A DNA stretch of 62,939 nt, the filler included, from Asterionella formosa (taxonomy: Eukaryota), in NCBI GenBank assembly GCA_002256025.1. It is 11 parts of 11 records of this genome, joined end to end, with 100 filler letters (N's around TTAATTAATTAA, not from the genome) between each part and the next. Parts side by side here need not be neighbours in the genome. Positions count along the whole stretch, not along the records: positions 51,620 to 57,229 come from NKIB01012985.1; positions 57,330 to 62,939 come from NKIB01012986.1; 9 more parts are not named here. One strand, 5' to 3'. Below the pieces are notes generated by a model that saw only the letters and a list, made by a program, of their open reading frames with translations, ran no database searches and was not told where the DNA came from. Of this stretch, positions 51,749-62,939 are shown piece after piece (positions within the stretch are counted from its first letter, which is position 1; every line of letters starts with the position of its first letter). The position numbers were made by a program, and so were the translations under genes.

Positions 51749-51944
51749 TAGTGTTTTATATGTACAAAGTAATCGCAATCGTAGCTAAATAGTTACATAT
51801 CAGTGCCTACAAGGGAAAAAAGATAACAGTATGTTACTTTGTCTATGTCTAGAAAATTATTGGGTGTTTGGTGCAACCACGAAAAAATGTAAGGGGGGGG
51901 GCAGCAACCTCAGGGGGAGGCCAGGACTCTGAATTATACGGTAT

Positions 51945-53150
51945 ACCATTCCAATACAAGGTTCACCTTGTATTGTAGAAAGGTCAGTATGTCAAGTCCA
52001 ATACAAGGTGAAAGTATATCCAGGTATCAGTCCAATTCAAGCAAGGTGTTCCTTTATTTGTTGTGAGAATACCATCCAACACAAGGTATTCCCTGTATTG
52101 GGCGGGCTCTGTTTAATTCCCAATACAAGGTGGTGACATTTTGCCATTCAAAGTTGCCCCTTTATTGGCGGGTTTTGGCTGAACTACGTCACATGCCAAT
52201 ACAAGGTCATGAGTTCCAATACAAGGTGATAATTTCTAATACAAGGTGACAATATATTCCAATTCAAGGTTTCCCCTGTATAGCATTTCGGCAATACTAC
52301 GTCTAATCCCAATACAAGGTCATAAATCCCAATACAAGGTGACAATATTTTGCAATTCAAGGTTGACTTTGTATTGGTTAATAGTGCTGGTAAAGTGTAC
52401 ATATGTTATCAGAGTATGATGTATATTGATAAAAACCGTTAATTTTTGATTTAAATGATCATTCAGAAATGAATAATTTCAAGATTTTCAAGAAAATTTT
52501 GGCAATGTGTCTGCAATGCTTATTGATCCTATAAAACCATTAATTTTTTCATATGATCATACAGGTATGTATACTTTCAAATTTTTTAATGTGTCTGGCT
52601 GGCATATGATATGTTCTTGCTCAAATTATTTTGTACTGACTGATGTGTATAATAGCATAGTATATATATACCAGGAAATCATCACTGAATCAACACTATT
52701 TATTGACATGACAAAATTATTACCTCCAAGTTATTTTTCTTATCCTTTACAATGATGTGTGGAAACCATTGTCTTACTTTTTCTCTCGCCACCAGCTGAA
52801 CAGGTAATGCTCATAATAATAGGTAAGCTACCATGCTTAAGGAATTGAAATTGTTTTACGGCATACTACTCATACCTGGTATTTTTAAAACCCCGGTCAT
52901 TTCAGCCAATACAAGGTGCACCTTGTATTGGACATTAACCCCTTTTTCGGAGAAACTATCCATACCTTGTATTGAAAAATATTCCGGTCATTTCGTGAAA
53001 AACCTTGTATTGAAAAAATACCCTATTTCCTTGTATTGGCGAATGCAAGGATTCGCAACGGTCACCCTAACGATGAAGCTATCCAATACAAGGTCAACCT
53101 TGATTTGGTAAATTACTGTTTCACCTTGTATAAGATTCCAATAGAAGGTA
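51945..53150. repeat. Two clusters of the CCAATACAAGGT motif in direct and inverted orientation
   Basis: More than 15 exact or near-exact copies in ~51950-52380 and ~52905-53150, including the perfect palindrome CCAATACAAGGTGCACCTTGTATTGG. Confidence 0.85.
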
Positions 53151-53262
53151 TTTTCGTTTCCTGTGTAATCATAGAATATTTTAAGTTTTCATGACACCCT
53201 CCTTTGATCATGGTGGAACCGCCGAAGTTGGTGGTACCACTGGTACCACCAACTACACCGTT

Positions 53263-55659
53263 CATCATATGATCAATATGTTATGATCAAAGTTATAGGA
53301 TAAACGAATAAAGAATCATCGATTAAAGATCATAGTTTATACCGGAGTAGTCGTTGCTCATGCATGCAACCCCTTCCTCCCCTGTATACAGTCCGGAAGT
53401 GATAACTCCCAAGCTACCAAATTTTTATGTCTTGTAAGAATTATCGCAGCATGCATGCATACATGACTCCTACTGGTATATACAATGCGGAAATGATGAC
53501 CACCAGACTACCAATCCTAGAGGTCCTGTAGAATTATCGCAACATGGCTGCATATCTAATGAAAGGGCGGGAGGAGTCATCCATGCACCTGTATAGTATG
53601 AAATATGGAAATGATCAAATATAGCTAGTCGACACAAGTAGCAGTGCATCACAGATGCCCTGCTGTTGTTATTTTAATTCCTATGAAATCTCTTGATCTG
53701 TTCTGCGCTTTTTCGCCACAATTGTTTTCATTGGCTGTTTCACTGGACAGCGTTCGAATTGATTGTGCTTTGAACGAAGCAATGATCAAAGTCCACCCCA
53801 TTGCAGAATGGTGAGTCTCACAACTAATTATCAGCCAGTCATGGACTGTCTTTTGTGCACCCTCGCTCGTTGTAATTGTACTTGACTTGGTAGCTGTCAG
53901 CCAAGCAAGAGCAGCCATGGTATTCCACCATTTATTGTCTATACAAGTTTCGAATGCATTCAGCTATGATATCTTTTGCTCCCCCCTACTAAACACTATC
54001 TCACCACCATTGTCGTAGATTTTTCTTTATCCTTTGGCCTCACAGGCCCAGGTTACTCAATGACTTCATCTGCAAGGAGTTCAGCCAAGCAGGTCCACGT
54101 TGGCGTCAAGAAAACGTCAAACCCGATTTTCCTCACATGCTCCACCCATTGACTTCTTCATTGATGAAGTCGAGGTAGCTATATTGACGACATCAGGTGG
54201 CGCAGGCTTGTGTATAGATTGATGATGCTGAAAGCATTGCTTCCTTTCCCATAGTAAACTAGGTGCCTATTTGTCAACATTGTTTGGGTCAATCTATTCT
54301 TGTTCCCGCAAGGAGTCCAGAAGCAATTATCCCTTTACTTCTCCTCCCAAGAACCTTCATTTCTCTTTCACAATTGTCCTGATGTTTGCAGAGCATTTTT
54401 AGTTTGATTTTGATTTTTCCACTGGTTTTGATCCTTTTGCATTCAAGTCAAGAAACAAGCAACTCATTGAGATTTCTGGAGGTCTCAGTCAGTGGCACCA
54501 TAAAGCAACAATCAACAGATCATGGCGGCTGTTCTACATTTTCTGTAGCAAGTGACATTCAAAAAGGGTCTGGGATCATTGGGGAGAAAAATTAGTAGGA
54601 TTCTCTGTGTTTTCCCCCGCCCGTTTGGCAGCCATTCTACCATTGCTTCCTCTCAATCAATACTAGCATAGCTAATGAAAACCGTAATTAGATGAAATGT
54701 GACTTCCGGTTTCTAATATTTTACATTGTTGCACTAATGAAACTTGAATTCATAAATGGTCATTCAACTTGTGCTTCTTGCATTTTTGCAGTATAGACTG
54801 GCTGGTGTTCGATAGGCCAAAGTGTCTCGCTTTTCATGAACATCTACAAGGTACTAGTGCTTTTGTCGAGGTTTGTGTCTAAATCCAACTGCTGCCATCC
54901 ATTGAATTATTCCAGATACATCAAAGAATAGCTACGCTCCTGTCTTTAAAGGTAAGGAACTAGAACGATGACAAAGAAAATCTAATGAGACATGAAAATT
55001 ACGAAACCAGAATCACTCTGTTACTATAAATAGACGGCACAGTCTCTTGCTTCTTTGTGCATATCGCCTGCTATGCTGCGTTTCAATTCTAGATGTTTAA
55101 CGTTCTTGTTAGAGAGACGATGTTACAGATAAGTAGATTGTGCTGTTCTATAATGGATGTTGCTTAGCTATGATTGAGGTTGTAACACTGATTGATGCTC
55201 TGGTGACAGACCGGCCGGAAATATTCGTCTTGTTTTATGAGCTATTTCGTTTTCATTGGATTTCTTTTCAAGCTCTTAACGGATTGCATAGTACGAACAT
55301 ACTGTGCAATGTAGATGATGATTCATCGAAGACATATGATGACTTGAACGACAAATGAAGATTTTATCACAAAATCTCGTTCCTTTCGACAAGGGTGGTT
55401 TGTCGTTGTTGCAAGAATCAGAGTGAGGACTGGCGAGGATGGTCCTGATGAGCCAAACCACATTACTCTAACTGGTACATTGCTTATCCTACCAAGAAAT
55501 TTAAATAAAGGAACCTAAAAGAAACAATACATATAATAATTAAATTTCCATAGTCAAAAGGGTTATCAAAATTATTAGATGATATAACGGAAAATTAAGA
55601 TCAGATGATCATAATCCTATGATGCATCATGGAAATATGATGGTTTTTATTTGCAGACG
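53263..55659 (-). mobile_element. Second copy of the 24751 element, inverted and partial
   Basis: Colinear reverse complement of 24751-~26997 with indels (e.g. ~100 extra bp near 55143-55243); ends TTTATTTGCAGACG. Confidence 0.85.
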
Positions 55660-56201
55660 CAGGTACCTGCTAACATCATGGTGACTTGCAAGGCAATTTG
55701 TTGCAACAACTTGATAGGTCCATGACGGCTGCTCTTGCTAATGATAACAACAATACAGCTACTGTTGTGAATCAAGGAGCAGTAGATGCATTGATTTACA
55801 CTTTAACGTTCATATTTGTCAATTCAATTTCTACGAACATAACATGGGGTGAAGTAAGGATAACTCTCAGGTTTTAGGTGTTTAGTAAAAGTTTTTGCTT
55901 GCACTAGTAGGTAGATGATCACTGCTGAAGATACTAAGATACGACCAAGGGTGGAGACTGCCTGCTAGCATTCTTATGTTCGAGGCTTGGGTTGACTGAA
56001 CGCTGCACCGCGAGAAGGTCAACCTGCGAAGGCCTCCCAAGTGGAGTACACAAGATTACGAGTAGGCAGACTCCTCCCGAGTAGGGTCTTAACTAGGAAA
56101 TTCACAAACTAGCTATCAGTGCGCTTTTCGCCACTACATGGCCTTTTCAGTTAACATTGAAAACCTATTTTAGATAGTTTGTATGTTGGATGAGAACTAG
56201 C

Positions 56202-56317
56202 CAATTGCCCTTCATATAAAATATAAATTGTATATTTCATATGTAGAGTTTTTGATTACCGGTACTCGATCCTGCAATTGCCCTTCATATGAAACATATT
56301 TTGGATATTTCATATGC
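56202..56317. repeat. Local direct duplication (~42 bp)
   Basis: caattgcccttcatat..atatttcatatg occurs twice. Confidence 0.7.
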
Positions 56318-57709
56318 TCCGTTTTTGGAATGCCAAACTACCTTCAATATTTTCTATAGCCCCTAGATTTTCCTGCCGAAATGGATTGCTGTTTATTTGT
56401 GGGAAATGGATTACTGACATCTATTGCCCCCCTATGGACTGCCGTTCACTTAAGGAAAATGGACTGCCGAAATTGGAAGGGAGGAGGATAAGTTACGTGA
56501 AGGCACGAAATGATGATTTTCTGTAAAGTGTCGATGGCAATTCCACTATTTACATCCCTGCTATCTTCCAGAATGCTCCGATGTATACAAAATCTGTTCA
56601 TTGATGTCTCATATACTGAATCTTGATCAAATGAATCTGGCTGGTTGTTGCATGATTCGACTTCTGGTGACACTTGTTTCATCACGGTGGCACCAAATTC
56701 GGTATTTTCATCAGACATGATTGCTCAGCCGTTAAATTTTAGCTATAATGCTTTGGTATATTTTCTACGTGTTCTACAGTATCGCAAATCAGATCATGGC
56801 AGCAAGTTCTAGTGCTCTATTGTTGGCTTTTCCGCTGTTCTATAATAGCATTGTATCTGTAGGTTATCTAATCACAATTATCTTTATTACTTCATTATTG
56901 TAAATCGACAATGACAACGCGAACCAGAAGCCACTTCTGGTACCCTAAAAGAGCTATCAGCTTGAGGTGAGAAACAACACCCAAGTGGACAATAGGAATC
57001 ATGAAATTGCGCCTCCTGTTGTCTTGTGGTTCATTAGGATATGTTCTGTTGATTGTTGTTTAGTCTCTTCCATGCAAACTACGGTAATGCCAATAATCAA
57101 ACTACCGTATACTTCATTGTCCTGGACCCCCCAATGTACACTGCCGTGACTGAATTTGACTGATTTTACTTAAGGGGGGCCCAGGACAATGAAGAGATTT
57201 CCCTTATAATGGACCTAAGTAAATTTCTTNNNNNNNNNNNNNNNNNNNNNNNNNNNNNNNNNNNNNNNNNNNNTTAATTAATTAANNNNNNNNNNNNNNN
57301 NNNNNNNNNNNNNNNNNNNNNNNNNNNNNAGGAAGTTGGATCTAGTACAAGGTACTTCACAGATTCGGCAAATTATTCTCGATGTTGTCACCAGCAACGG
57401 GTTTAGGCGACCTCTCGCAAATGTGTTGTGCCAACGGCGTGAACTGACTGAAATAGGATTAATGTAGCATACAACTACAACTGGAGGGAATTAGCTAGGT
57501 AATAACAAGAACTAAGTAGAGATGTAATGATTGTTAACCTAATTATGATTAGATGCCATTGCGCAAGTCATTTACAAGTGATGAAAAGCATTATTCCATG
57601 AGTATAGCTAGTGATAATAATATTCTTGCCATTAGAGATAAAAATGGTGTCTTTGTTGATTAATTAAATTACATGACATCTATTAAATTTATAAAATTAG
57701 TGTTGCTCA

Positions 57710-58658
57710 AGGTTGCGGCCCCGCAGTTTCACAATAGGAGGTCCGTTTTTTCCCAAAATAATTTTATGATGCACCATAAACGACACATTACGTACAAGTA
57801 AATAAAATAGTTACAGGTAAAATTAGCTTTCACTATTATGACCACTTTGGATATGACAAGGACCTCATTTCCGGAGAGAAACTGCAGTTATCCCTCTTGG
57901 AATCGTAACTATCCAAAAAATAGTGAAAAAAGGGGGCTATAAAGCTTTTTAAAAAGTCTACGAGGGATAACTTTATAGGGTACTCCAGGGTTAGTTGCCG
58001 CGTCATTGCACGTATTCTGATTGGTTAAATTGAATTTTCTCACCTGCTCCAGATTGGCTGAAGTATTCCGGTCTTGTAAAATCACGCCAGCCAAACTTGA
58101 ACCAAATGTATTAGATGTACTCCATACCGGTAGGTAAAATTAGTATTACCGGAACCTGATACCAGGGTATCGGTCGTTTCATCATCTCTTCTATCAACAT
58201 GAACGAAGATAATCTACTAGGCACCTGGTACCAGGTACCGGTGTACTGGGACTCTGGTACTCCGGTACCGGGAGCTGATTTTCATATATACCTTTGTACG
58301 TTTAGGTACATTTTACCTGCATTCAGCAACGTAGATTCAATATGACGTATAAACACGAACCATGAGCGTACATGTTGGTATACCAGTACTCTCTATTTGA
58401 AAAAACCGGTATGTATTTTGGCGTTTGGCAAAATCAAATCTACTTCCAGCAATGAGGATAAACATATAGCGTTTGAATATCATTTTTATTTGTTTGAAAT
58501 GGAACTCTATCAATCTGGCGCCGATTCCTATTTAATTCAAATATTCAAATCGATGCTCAAATCATGGGAATTCATAGTAGGAAACTCCCTGTTCCACGCC
58601 GTTTATACAACCCTAGCAACGTTTTCTCCAAACTAGGGTTAAGCCAGGGCCTCAACCT
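57710..58658 (+). mobile_element. Complete ~950-bp PIF/Harbinger-like MITE
   Basis: Imperfect TIRs AGGTTGCGGCCCCG / CAGGGCCTCAACCT; 3-bp flanks TCA and TAA; further copies at 5073 and 24100; no ORF. Confidence 0.8.
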
Positions 58659-58829
58659 TAACGCTGTATCTGCAGCGATACACACAGATACGCATTTCGG
58701 AGCAACACATTGCCCGGATATGTGAGATACAAAAAATTGGGCTGAGCAACATTTTTTTAATGATCTCTGTTAAGATTGGCCCTAAAAAGTAATACTCCAT
58801 TTATGCAGAGGGGAATTGGCTAAATTTGC

Positions 58830-59375
58830 TACCTGGTATCGGGTTACGGTACCAGGTACCAAAATGTAGTTGCCTCCATCACCACCGGCAAAGGAACTTT
58901 GGTAACGCACCAGGTACCGCTGGTACCCCTCTAGAGTCCAGAGTACCAGGGGGTATATTATACCATGAACTTGGTTTTTGGTACTACCAGGTACGTACAA
59001 ACTGTCTCGGCCGGTGGCGGCAGGATATCGGTATGTAGTATACCAGTTGCAATTTTGGTTTGGGTGTTCGACACAACGAATGTTTTCGTTCGGCCGCTGT
59101 TGCTGATGGGTGCTGGTGTACCGGTAGTGTCTAAAGTCATTCTCCGGGTTGTTTTGTTTTCACATGCCGCGTCATCGATGCAACGATACCTATGAAATAT
59201 GTCCTAATGATTTGAGGAGGAGGAATCATACATGCATAATAGATACTACGAAATACCTGGTATCTGGTACCTGGTACCACGGCTACTAAACCACCACCAG
59301 GTATACCTGGTACCAGGGTATCATTACTGGAGTATGCCGATATGATCTCACTCCCTACCAGGTACCAGGGTACCA
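58830..59375. repeat. GGTACC/CCWGG palindromic oligomer arrays upstream of the rubredoxin gene
   Basis: Dense blocks at ~58830-59070 and ~59254-59375 (tacctggtatctggtacctggtacc...taccaggtaccagggtacc). Confidence 0.88.
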
Positions 59376-59563
59376 AGGGCAAGTGATCTACACAACAGCC
59401 ACCTGCGTTGGCGTCAACAAAACAATCACTGAGCGAAAGCGCTGACCATGCACAGCACTAGTACCGGTAGTAGATCAGCGATAATCAAATCATTGCTCCA
59501 CTGCAGTAATACATAACCCAGACGACAAAATCAGAGCCAGCTACACAGTGCTAAGCGTTTGAA

Positions 59564-60094
59564 ATGAAGACTGCTACCTATGCCATCCTGTTCGCGTTAC
59601 TGGCGTTATCAATCAACGCCTTTACTGTCCCACAGGCCTTTCATGTCTCCAAGTTGGCCCTTCGAATGAGTGATCCGGTCGATCCCATGGCAGAAGCTGA
59701 AATCGACTCCGAAACCCTCTTGATGATGGAGAAAGCGAAACGAGCTGACGAGCTCCGTGCACAAGAAGTCTTCATGACAAAGTCAACTGGAAAGCACAAG
59801 TGCACAAACTGCGACTGGGAATTTGACCAAACGAAAGGAGACTCCATGATGATCGGAGGTATGATTAAACCGGGAACCTTATTTGAGGAGCTTCCTAGCA
59901 ATTGGCGCTGTCCTGTTTGCAGAGCGTCAAAGGATTCGTTCCAGGAGATTTCGATTGAAATTCCTGGATTTGCAGTGAACCAAGGATACGGATTGGGAAC
60001 GAATTCCATGACTGCTGGAGAAAAGACAGGGTGGATCTTTGGAGGCCTGGGATTCTTCTTTGTTCTGTTTCTATCTGGTTATGCCCTCAACTAA
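59564..60094 (+). CDS. Plastid-targeted membrane-anchored rubredoxin (RubA/RBD1-like)
   Basis: Signal peptide ending INA|FTVP (ASAFAP-like); CTNC...FEELPSNWRCPVC; GFAVNQGYGLG; C-terminal TM helix. Confidence 0.93.
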   Translation: MKTATYAILFALLALSINAFTVPQAFHVSKLALRMSDPVDPMAEAEIDSETLLMMEKAKRADELRAQEVFMTKSTGKHKCTNCDWEFDQTKGDSMMIGGMIKPGTLFEELPSNWRCPVCRASKDSFQEISIEIPGFAVNQGYGLGTNSMTAGEKTGWIFGGLGFFFVLFLSGYALN

Positions 60095-60259
60095 GTCAGC
60101 GTCAGAGCTCGAAGCCATGATAAATATTACAACTAGCGACAGTAGAGGAAATGAAATGCCGCGACAGGATATGAGGACCACAAGAAAACGGAAGTCAAGC
60201 TAAATACCGGACAAACTAAGTGACCATATACATGTTACTTCATTTAGCATCTGTCGGCA

Positions 60260-61441
60260 CTAGCTGTATTGTTTCCTTCGATTTTGCTCTGTATTTAAGG
60301 AATCCTTCTCTTGAGGGGACCCCGGTAGCTCCAAGGAAGAGGTTGACTGGGAACCGATTCCAGTTTCGCCTAGTTCGTAGACGAAGACACCAGTAACCAC
60401 CATGGCTGCCGCCAAATAAAAAGCTGTCCGTGGAGGATCTTGCTCGGCAACAACAGTGAATAGTATAGCCCACATGTTGCTGGTTTGTAGAGAAAGATTA
60501 AGCAGTGTCGCGTCACCCCTGATGTAGAAGAGCGATGATGCAATGTAGTAGAATATCAGTGAGACCACATACCATACCATCACCACAAAAACGGCGCATA
60601 AGCCGGAGGTTGGCGTATGAGCAAAGAGATCATAAACTTCTCGCCCTTCTAAAAGGGGAAGAGAAAGTCCCGACAAAATCGCTCCAAATAAGCCGAGCAT
60701 ACCCAAGTATTCGACTCTATCGATGTGCTTAATTGAGTATTCTCCTATTGTGTCACCGAGCCCATAAAGCATAGCAGCAGCTATCGCCAAAATATCACCG
60801 ATGTAAGAATGTGGGTGGTTTGGTTCCATTTCGCTTGATGTGTGTCCAATGTCCATCCAAATCGCCATGGTTCCCCCTCCCAAACACAAGAGCACACCGA
60901 CGAAATGAACAAGTCGAAACGTGCGTGCCATTATAAATCGACTTGCCAACATAGTTGCAGGGATCATTAGCGATCCCAACAAAGTTGAATTTGTCAGCGT
61001 GGTGTATCGAAACGAAAGTAGCGTCATATAGTTGGGAACCACGTCAAGGGTCGAAATGCCAAGATATATCCACCAGGGAACATTCAGTCTGAGACTTGAG
61101 AAGGGAAGCCTGTGGGTTCTCTCGTCCTCCTTAACTTCTTGCTCCTTTCTCAAGTACCATAAATGTGTGAAAAGGAGCAAATAGGTTATGCACATTAAAA
61201 ATATCGGGACAACTACGCCGAGATTGTACTCCAAAGTATATGAGGCGGCATTCATAGATGCAGCTCCGAGAGCAATAGCTTGCCCAAAGAGCAGTAACGT
61301 CCATTTCTGTGGAGATTCGTCACTTCTCTGTGTTGTGGCATCTCTTCTTGCTTGCAGCGCTCCCAGAAAAGTCATTTTTCCTTCCTCGCATGCATGTTCA
61401 TCGCTGGCATTGTAGCGAGGAGGCTCCAAGTCACAGGTCAT
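60260..61441 (-). CDS. SLC35F-family (DMT superfamily) transporter
   Basis: LLFGQAIAL, PWWIYLGISTLDVVPNY..FRYTTLTNSTLL, GDILAIAAAMLYG, EYLGMLGLFG, DATLLNLSLQTSNMW; about 10 TM helices. Confidence 0.92.
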   Translation of the reverse strand: MTCDLEPPRYNASDEHACEEGKMTFLGALQARRDATTQRSDESPQKWTLLLFGQAIALGAASMNAASYTLEYNLGVVVPIFLMCITYLLLFTHLWYLRKEQEVKEDERTHRLPFSSLRLNVPWWIYLGISTLDVVPNYMTLLSFRYTTLTNSTLLGSLMIPATMLASRFIMARTFRLVHFVGVLLCLGGGTMAIWMDIGHTSSEMEPNHPHSYIGDILAIAAAMLYGLGDTIGEYSIKHIDRVEYLGMLGLFGAILSGLSLPLLEGREVYDLFAHTPTSGLCAVFVVMVWYVVSLIFYYIASSLFYIRGDATLLNLSLQTSNMWAILFTVVAEQDPPRTAFYLAAAMVVTGVFVYELGETGIGSQSTSSLELPGSPQEKDSLNTEQNRRKQYS

Positions 61442-61664
61442 TCTTCAATCTCCAAACAGCTCTGATCGCCTCCTACTCTATCAAGTCTTCACAACTTTGT
61501 CACGCGGAGTGAGCGCTGTTTCGTGTCGGCTCTCAATAACCACCGTCGTATCACCATCATATATAGACGACCACAAAGCGGCGAGGTTCACTTTTCAAGA
61601 ATGAATCGAAGGAATGGGACACTGATGGCCATCAAGGTCGCAGAAGTGCAAACCATGTAGGTGC

Positions 61665-61860
61665 ATACCGGTACTTGTACATAGTCTACCCAGTAGTCCA
61701 TGTGCCAGGTACCAGGTACGGTACCCTGGTACCAGTACCGTTACCTCGGACCAGAAACTACCGGTACATATACCCCCGGTAAACCACCATAATGTCGTCA
61801 AGAATATAGCGCTAATCATAACGGTACCGGTAGGCTACCTGGTAGGAGTACCTGGTATTA
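61665..61860. repeat. GGTACC/CCWGG/CCGG palindromic oligomer array upstream of the SLC35F gene
   Basis: gccaggtaccaggtacggtaccctggtaccagtacc...cggtaccggtaggctacctggtaggagtacctggta. Confidence 0.88.
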
Positions 61861-62939
61861 TCTATGGTTATTATGAGTCACGAAAATTTTGGACTCGATT
61901 ATCTTGTCTGCTGAGGCCGTTGCTAACCGTTGACCCAAACCAAAACCCAAAAACTTATTTTTGGATTGGTTTTGGTTTTGGTCAACTGACGCAAAAACGA
62001 TGCTATCGGTTTTTGGGAAATCCTAAATGCTGTCAACCACCCATCTACTGTGATGTAGGATGACAAAACCATTATAAAAAAAGTAAAATATTTCCATTAG
62101 ACTACTTTTATAAATGAAATATTATAATTCCTATTTGGGAATTAGTTAGTTTTTCCCGTAATTTGAGCGATGCTGCTGTCTTGTTGTCATCCAACTACAC
62201 ACCAGTATGTATATATGTATAATATAGAGTCGTAAATATACTCCAAGTACATATAACCAGGTACACAACAACAACAAGAACATAACAACTTCTGTCGATT
62301 GCCAACAATCAGCATCCTCGATCATGGTGCCAGCACCCCTTCCAGCCAAGAGAGCTCTTTCTCCCTCTGCATGGCAAAAGGAGTTGCAACGAACTGTTGC
62401 TGTTGCTGTTGCTGTTGCTTGCTGTTCTGGACAAGGTATCAGGAGGGCCAACAATGACAATCAAAAATCTTCAGAATAAAATATATCTACTTTATCATGG
62501 CGATCCATCCGTGAAAGGAAGCATTGGATATTTGGAGTCTCTGCTGAGGGGAAGGGGTCAGTTCAAAGACCTTTGGAGTAGAGAGGAGCTGAATACCAAC
62601 CTCCCCAAAAGAAATGCAGATCGTGTTTCTGCCTTTGATTTGGTCTTAAAAGATTGCTATTCCAGTGATTATCAAAACAGATATGTTGTTGGCTCTCAAT
62701 TCACTACAAGATCTCTTGCAGGCACTGGAGTGAAAATATGTCCACTTTAATTGCTGGTCGAACTCTATTGAAGATGGCTCAGCATGCCCTGCTGAATTGG
62801 AAGAAGGCCTTACATCTAAGACGCGAAATACGCCACTTTTCGAAATTTCGTCTACGTATGAGTGTTAATTATGTGGTACTTCACATGCATTAATGCCACT
62901 CTTCACGTAAAAAAGATTACTTTTAACGGTTTCATGTGA

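Noticed and set aside
51945..52380. CRISPR-like repeat-spacer array
   Set aside because: The repeat is only ~12 bp, spacing is irregular, both orientations occur, there are no cas genes and the context is eukaryotic.
55869..56166. SRP RNA, U3 snoRNA or an intact hammerhead ribozyme
   Set aside because: No SRP helix-8 GNRA/AGCAG motif and no U3 box A. The hammerhead-like core is mutated and stems I and III are unconvincing. Kept only as an unassigned fold-back.
62397..62750. Possible gene or retroelement fragment
   Set aside because: Non-ATG start within a (TGTTGC)n microsatellite and no recognisable motif; cannot be supported.

Overview
Eukaryotic nuclear DNA, most likely from a diatom (inferred from a bipartite plastid-targeting presequence, short GT-AG introns and CoDi-like Ty1/copia elements). 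The window is not one locus. It is 11 unrelated scaffolds of about 5.6 kb, sorted by decreasing length (5652 to 5610 bp) and joined by 100-bp N/TTAATTAATTAA/N spacers, so adjacency across spacers means nothing. Recognisable host genes: GAR1, a USP4/11/15-like deubiquitinase, a CWC27-like cyclophilin (partial), an Aa_trans amino-acid transporter, a plastid rubredoxin and an SLC35F transporter, plus several hypothetical ORFs. Most of the rest is decayed Ty1/copia and Ty3/gypsy retrotransposons, Harbinger-like elements and other non-autonomous DNA transposons. The most notable observations are: a copia element whose primer-binding site is complementary to its own LTR (possible Tf1-like self-priming); arrays of overlapping GGTACC/CCWGG/CCGG palindromes that often lie upstream of genes and differ between homologous copies; a transposon family with CRTCTRYAA termini; a CCAATACAAGGT motif array; and a ~300-nt rod-like fold-back. 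All assignments come from reading the sequence; no database searches were run.
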